A stretch of DNA of 52,616 bases. Source: a virus (Duplodnaviria; Caudoviricetes). The DNA lies in IMG/VR virus record IMGVR_UViG_3300036791_000154, positions 1 through 52,616 of that record; one strand, given 5' to 3'. This document shows positions 49,153-52,616 of the stretch, piece after piece. The notes under the pieces were generated by a model that was not told where the DNA came from, searched no databases, and worked only from the letters and a program-made list of their open reading frames with translations. A program made the position numbers and the translations under genes. How positions within the stretch are numbered: the stretch's first letter is position 1; the number at the start of each line of letters is the position of its first letter.

Positions 49153-49211
49153 AATCTCATCAGGCAAGTAGCTAACTTGCGACACCCTTATTTCGTAAGG
49201 GTGTTTCGATC
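49153..49211 (-). ncRNA. Type II hammerhead ribozyme HHR6
   Basis: GAUC-GAAA-CACCCUUA(CGAAA)UAAGGGUG-UC^-GCAAGU(UAGCU)ACUUGC-CUGAUGA-GAUU. Overlaps the upstream TGA stop. Cut 49181/49180. Confidence 0.88.
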
Positions 49212-49626
49212 ATGCGCTAACAAGCGCTGCAAGCATGGCTTCCAACTCAGCGATCAGTGACGCAGTGTCAGAAGCGGTAACCGTGACTGTCTCAGTCGCA
49301 ACAGGCGCGGTCTCCATGGTGGCAGCCTTAGCAAGCTCGCGAGCAGCCTTACGGGCCGCGCGAACCTTGATACGGTCGCACTTGGCAGGCACTTCCACGC
49401 CCGCCATCTTGTGGCAAACCTTGCAGCCAAAGAGTCCAGAATCGACTGCCTCAGCGTAAGTCATGCCTGACGTACCCGTTAGACGGTACGTTGTGAAAAC
49501 CTCATTGCCCTGGCTAGCGTGAGTCGTCCAGCCAAGCACAACCCCACGGCAGTCATCGAAAAGGTGAAAGTGGTTACCGTTCACACTGTTGATAACGAAT
49601 GACTCAGGGTTAATTACGGTGCTCAT
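49210..49626 (-). CDS. First early gene, hypothetical (H..DC...CKVC metal-binding motif)
   Basis: 138 aa; SD hairpin upstream; follows the long non-coding region. Confidence 0.7.
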   Translation of the reverse strand: MSTVINPESFVINSVNGNHFHLFDDCRGVVLGWTTHASQGNEVFTTYRLTGTSGMTYAEAVDSGLFGCKVCHKMAGVEVPAKCDRIKVRAARKAARELAKAATMETAPVATETVTVTASDTASLIAELEAMLAALVSA

Positions 49627-50542
49627 TTTGCCCTCCCAGGCGATAGTTGCTTATCCCTTTGACAAGCAGCCAGTGACACAAGCCTTGCAAGTGTTGCTCT
49701 TATGTCCTAGGCAATCTGTCAAACGACAGCTTGCGAAAAACGACCTAGCAGCTTTTGTGTTTCGGGAGGCCACTAGGTCTCGGGAGTCTCTATTTAATGT
49801 CTACCCGCAAGGTTAAAGGGTTGATATTCCCTGTACATGCTTGACCACACGAGACAGAATTTACGTAGCTACCGCTGAATGCAACTACCAGCCAGCATGT
49901 CGCGTAATCATCAGATAGGCTTGAATCTTGCGATTCCGCCACTTCCCTGCATCCGCGCGACCATCGTTTCAGATGTGCTCTCGATAGGTCACTAGTCAGC
50001 GCTTGCGTAAAACTCGCGCTATCAAGGTGCCTTACCCTTGCGAATCTATTTTCTTGTTTTTCGCTTGCAAGAGAATCTTCGCACGGATTCCCAGAAAACC
50101 TCAACTTTTGAGGCTCGTTGTTACCAAACCGTGACCATACCGTTATGGAACCGTGACTTAGTGTCCCATATTGCCCTACTTTGTCCGATTCCCTGATTGT
50201 CGGCATCGCGTGGACCGTCGGCAATGTCCGATTCCTGGATTGCCTCGATTGCCTGGGATGTCCGAATACTGGGCCTGCCGACGGCACAAGATGTCGCGAT
50301 TGTCCGTATTTTGGGACCGTTACCTTACGGCGTGACCTTGCGAGATTTGCCGATTGCCGAGCTTGTGAGCCAATCTGAGACATGTTGATCTTGACCTAGT
50401 AGGGTCACACCCCGGATTACTTGATCTTGTTAGCGTCGATTCTAGGCGTTCGATAGTTCGCGAAACTAACTATCTCTTGCGATTTCGGCTCGTTGGACCG
50501 CCAGACTCCCGTATTTACTGGCCTGTAGCCCTGGATTGGCCG

Positions 50543-50728
50543 TTAACGAGCCTGAGATGGCCGTAGGCCCAAGATCATTTAGCATGCTTGCAGCCACCCT
50601 AGGTACCCCAAAAACTCCAGCCTACGGCGATCTGGGTCTTAACGGCTCTGAGATGGAGTCTAAGCCATGATCTTTTAGCATGGTCGCAACTACCCTCGAC
50701 ACCCCAAAAAAGTCGCTTAGGCTCCATC
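50543..50728. repeat. Imperfect tandem duplication (96-bp period), each unit closed by a covarying stem
   Basis: Units start TTAACG at 50543 and 50639; stems GCCGTAGGC/GCCTACGGC and GATGGAGTCTAAGC/GCTTAGGCTCCATC. Confidence 0.65.
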
Positions 50729-50876
50729 GACCCTATTTGATCTTGGAATCGAGTTTCGCCTTATTCTATAAGCCCAAACGAGTTTGCCCTTGCAAAATAA
50801 GGGCAAATGGAAAACTAGGCTCGGTGAGGCCCAAGCCTAGTTCTCCTACCATATTTAGTTGTTCTGTTTCTCCTAC

Positions 50877-50918
50877 AGAATTAGTAGACAACCCGTGGAC
50901 CTTTTGTCTACTAATTCT
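50877..50918. repeat. 15-bp inverted repeat (one of several hairpins downstream of the lysin)
   Basis: AGAATTAGTAGACAA-12 nt-TTGTCTACTAATTCT; other hairpins near 50782-50806 and 50813-50842. Confidence 0.7.
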
Positions 50919-51027
50919 AGTAGTCCTATAGATAACGTCCAGGTAGCGGAGTGTGGCCTCTGTCCCAATCCTCTTAACCGCGTTTAAATGCATTAATCAA
51001 TGCGAGGCACCTGGACAAGCCTATTAG

Positions 51028-51852
51028 TTAGTAAGTAAAGAGATGCGCCCAGTCATCCGACCAACATTGCCCATAAAGCGTTGTCGTCGCTGAGTATTCT
51101 TCACGTTGCCATGCCGCGCATGCGTCCGTCGTTGGCTGCTCCCACTTGCCGTCGGCCCATGACGAGCTGGGATTACTAACGCCTGGCACATAGCCCAACT
51201 CAATCAGCCTTTGTTGTATGGCCTTCACGTCAGGCTGCTCGTTGGCGTAATAACCACCATGCGATTCATTGGGACCGTTGATATCGCCAAAGTAATCGTT
51301 TGGCCCCATATAACTGGGCCATTGTCGATGGAGAGTACCTCCCCCAGACGCTGGTGGCGGGGTAATTGGCACGCCTCCACCGCTAGCTCCCGCAGTAATC
51401 ACGGCTGCAATTCCCTGTAGCGCTGGGCCATCGTTGCAGTATTGACGCAGAATCGACAGATGGACATGCCACAGATGGGAATCATCCGATGTGCATGGGT
51501 AATTGCCCTTGTAGTCATAGCCAATGACGTTGTAGCCATCAGCACTGCCAAAGAATGACCGCGCTGGATTCATTCGAGAATCGTTGGCAGCATTGAGCAA
51601 TCGTTGGCTAACCGTGTAATGATCGCTTGCACTGTTCCAACTGATGTCAAGCGCGCTAGCAGCTTCTCCATCGCCTTGCTTGTCTTCGGCGTATTGGACA
51701 CTGTAGTCATCACCGCCGACATAATTGCGTCCGCGATGGTAGCCATAAGTGTGTGCAGAATCGCCGACAATCCCACCCATCAATGCCGATGGAATGGCAC
51801 TTTGGACCGTGTTGAAAAGGTCTTTGATGGCTTGCGGCGCATACTCACTCAT
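51028..51852 (-). CDS. Endolysin (Zn-peptidase-like domain + peptidoglycan-binding domain)
   Basis: GYH...ALDIS...SHLWHVHLS catalytic pattern; C-terminal DVKAIQQRLIELGY...DG.W...T...WQR peptidoglycan-binding motif. Confidence 0.8.
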   Translation of the reverse strand: MSEYAPQAIKDLFNTVQSAIPSALMGGIVGDSAHTYGYHRGRNYVGGDDYSVQYAEDKQGDGEAASALDISWNSASDHYTVSQRLLNAANDSRMNPARSFFGSADGYNVIGYDYKGNYPCTSDDSHLWHVHLSILRQYCNDGPALQGIAAVITAGASGGGVPITPPPASGGGTLHRQWPSYMGPNDYFGDINGPNESHGGYYANEQPDVKAIQQRLIELGYVPGVSNPSSSWADGKWEQPTTDACAAWQREEYSATTTLYGQCWSDDWAHLFTY

Positions 51853-52013
51853 TCGTCTGTGCCATTCTCTGAGTCTTTGTCTTGCGGCTCGTGGCGTTCA
51901 CTACGCTCTCCATGCCGCAATTCTTTAAACCAATCTGGCGCCTTATCCTTTAGTCGCTCGCGGTCGCCAACATCACGAAATTCAGGCTCTTTGCTTGGCT
52001 CTTTGCTGGTCAT
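51849..52013 (-). CDS. 54-aa charged hypothetical protein (not in ORF track)
   Basis: MTSKEPSKEPEFRDVGDRERL...; GGGAGG RBS; ATGA overlap with the lysin. Confidence 0.55.
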   Translation of the reverse strand: MTSKEPSKEPEFRDVGDRERLKDKAPDWFKELRHGERSERHEPQDKDSENGTDE

Positions 52014-52022
52014 TCTGCCTCC

Positions 52023-52364
52023 CTAGGCTATTGGAATACGGTTGCCTTCCGCATCAAAGTAAAGCATGGCTATTTCTGGATAATCACCTTGTACCGCCGA
52101 TAGAATCTGCTCATCTTGGATGCGACTTGCGATGACTGCGCCATCCTCATCAGCAGCACTATCCGCCATGCCTGGAGCAGAAGCAGCCATACGGATAAAG
52201 GTAGAGATGATGGACTGATTGTTGCGCAGGCAGTCTGTCGCCAATGCCTTAATGTCTGCCCGTGTGTCATTGATGTATGTCTGGGATTGCTCGTTAACAC
52301 AAGCTGAAACTCGCTCGTTGAACTCAACATCTTGGGCAAGATTGGCAATCGCCAGGTACGTCAT
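52023..52364 (-). CDS. Hypothetical protein
   Basis: 113 aa; ATGA overlap with the upstream gene. Confidence 0.65.
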   Translation of the reverse strand: MTYLAIANLAQDVEFNERVSACVNEQSQTYINDTRADIKALATDCLRNNQSIISTFIRMAASAPGMADSAADEDGAVIASRIQDEQILSAVQGDYPEIAMLYFDAEGNRIPIA

Positions 52365-52555
52365 GATGAACCACCATTCTTGTGATTGTTACTTGTTGGC
52401 AATGAGACGACAACGATTGCCAGTCCACCAAGAATCCCAATAGCAGCAAGGATATCTGTCGATGAATCACGGTTCAAAATAAAGACAATGATGGACAACG
52501 TCAGCACAGCAACGCCAAGCAAAATCATGATTGCGAGCTTGCGCGTAGGTGTCAT
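52361..52555 (-). CDS. Two-TM membrane protein (holin candidate)
   Basis: Two hydrophobic segments; lies between the tail fibre end and the lysin. Confidence 0.55.
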   Translation of the reverse strand: MTPTRKLAIMILLGVAVLTLSIIVFILNRDSSTDILAAIGILGGLAIVVVSLPTSNNHKNGGSS

Positions 52556-52557
52556 GA

Positions 52558-52616
52558 TCACGTCTTGATAATGAAGTTGAATGCTTGGAACGGTGGCAAT
52601 TCTGATATTGTATCAG
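52558..52616 (-). CDS. C-terminal fragment of the tail fibre (wraps from position 1)
   Basis: Reads DTISELPPFQAFNFIIKT*, the typical tail-collar protein C-terminus. Confidence 0.75.
   Translation of the reverse strand, partial: DTISELPPFQAFNFIIKT

Larger units (their letters stand above)
45062..49641 (-). promoter_or_regulatory. Nine start-associated hairpins carrying the SD (GGGA loop + GG stem)
   Basis: Copies at 45062-45077, 45897-45911, 46230-46243, 46952-46967, 47823-47837, 48109-48124, 48713-48730, 49115-49129 and 49630-49641. The stems covary while the GGGA loop is constant. Confidence 0.75.

Noticed and set aside
45921-49211. Repeats read as a CRISPR array or simple terminators
   Set aside because: Spacing is 336-1079 nt with whole genes in between, and there is no cas operon (the Cas4-like gene is a typical phage recombination nuclease). 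The conserved unpaired CUGANGA, GAAA and GUC residues fit a hammerhead, not a U-tailed terminator.
49900-49925. CTGATGA in the non-coding region
   Set aside because: No correctly placed GAAA, stem III or NUH site.
49790-50383. 197-aa minus-strand ORF and overlapping plus-strand ORFs
   Set aside because: No evident RBS, unusual Arg/Ser-rich composition, and overlap with a repeat tract; probably non-coding.
1-52616. Integrase, repressor, reverse transcriptase/DGR, introns or inteins
   Set aside because: No recombinase, YxDD RT or intein motifs were seen. DnaE, TerL and the helicase are of normal length and uninterrupted.

Overview
The window looks like a complete, circularly permuted siphophage genome, probably infecting an actinobacterium. 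The tail-fibre ORF that runs off position 1 appears to continue in frame at position 52616. Every credible gene is on the minus strand. In transcription order the modules are: an early region of small unknown genes (49.6-45 kb); SNF2 helicase, Lsr2-like protein, Cas4-like nuclease, AAA ATPase and SSB; a nucleotide-metabolism cluster (FAD oxidoreductase, HAD, Nmad1-like, SDR, VOC); DnaE, a PPOX/F420-type oxidoreductase, ThyX and primase-helicase; a probable iteron origin; RuvC; terminase, portal, protease and two capsid proteins; tail genes; and the lysis genes. No integrase or repressor is evident. The standout feature is an array of six intact, covarying type II hammerhead ribozymes in the intergenic spacers of the early region. 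Each lies downstream of a stop codon and upstream of a conserved hairpin carrying the Shine-Dalgarno GGGA in its loop. This suggests a self-processing early polycistronic mRNA, whose fragments could also self-circularise. All protein calls come from motif recognition, not database searches.
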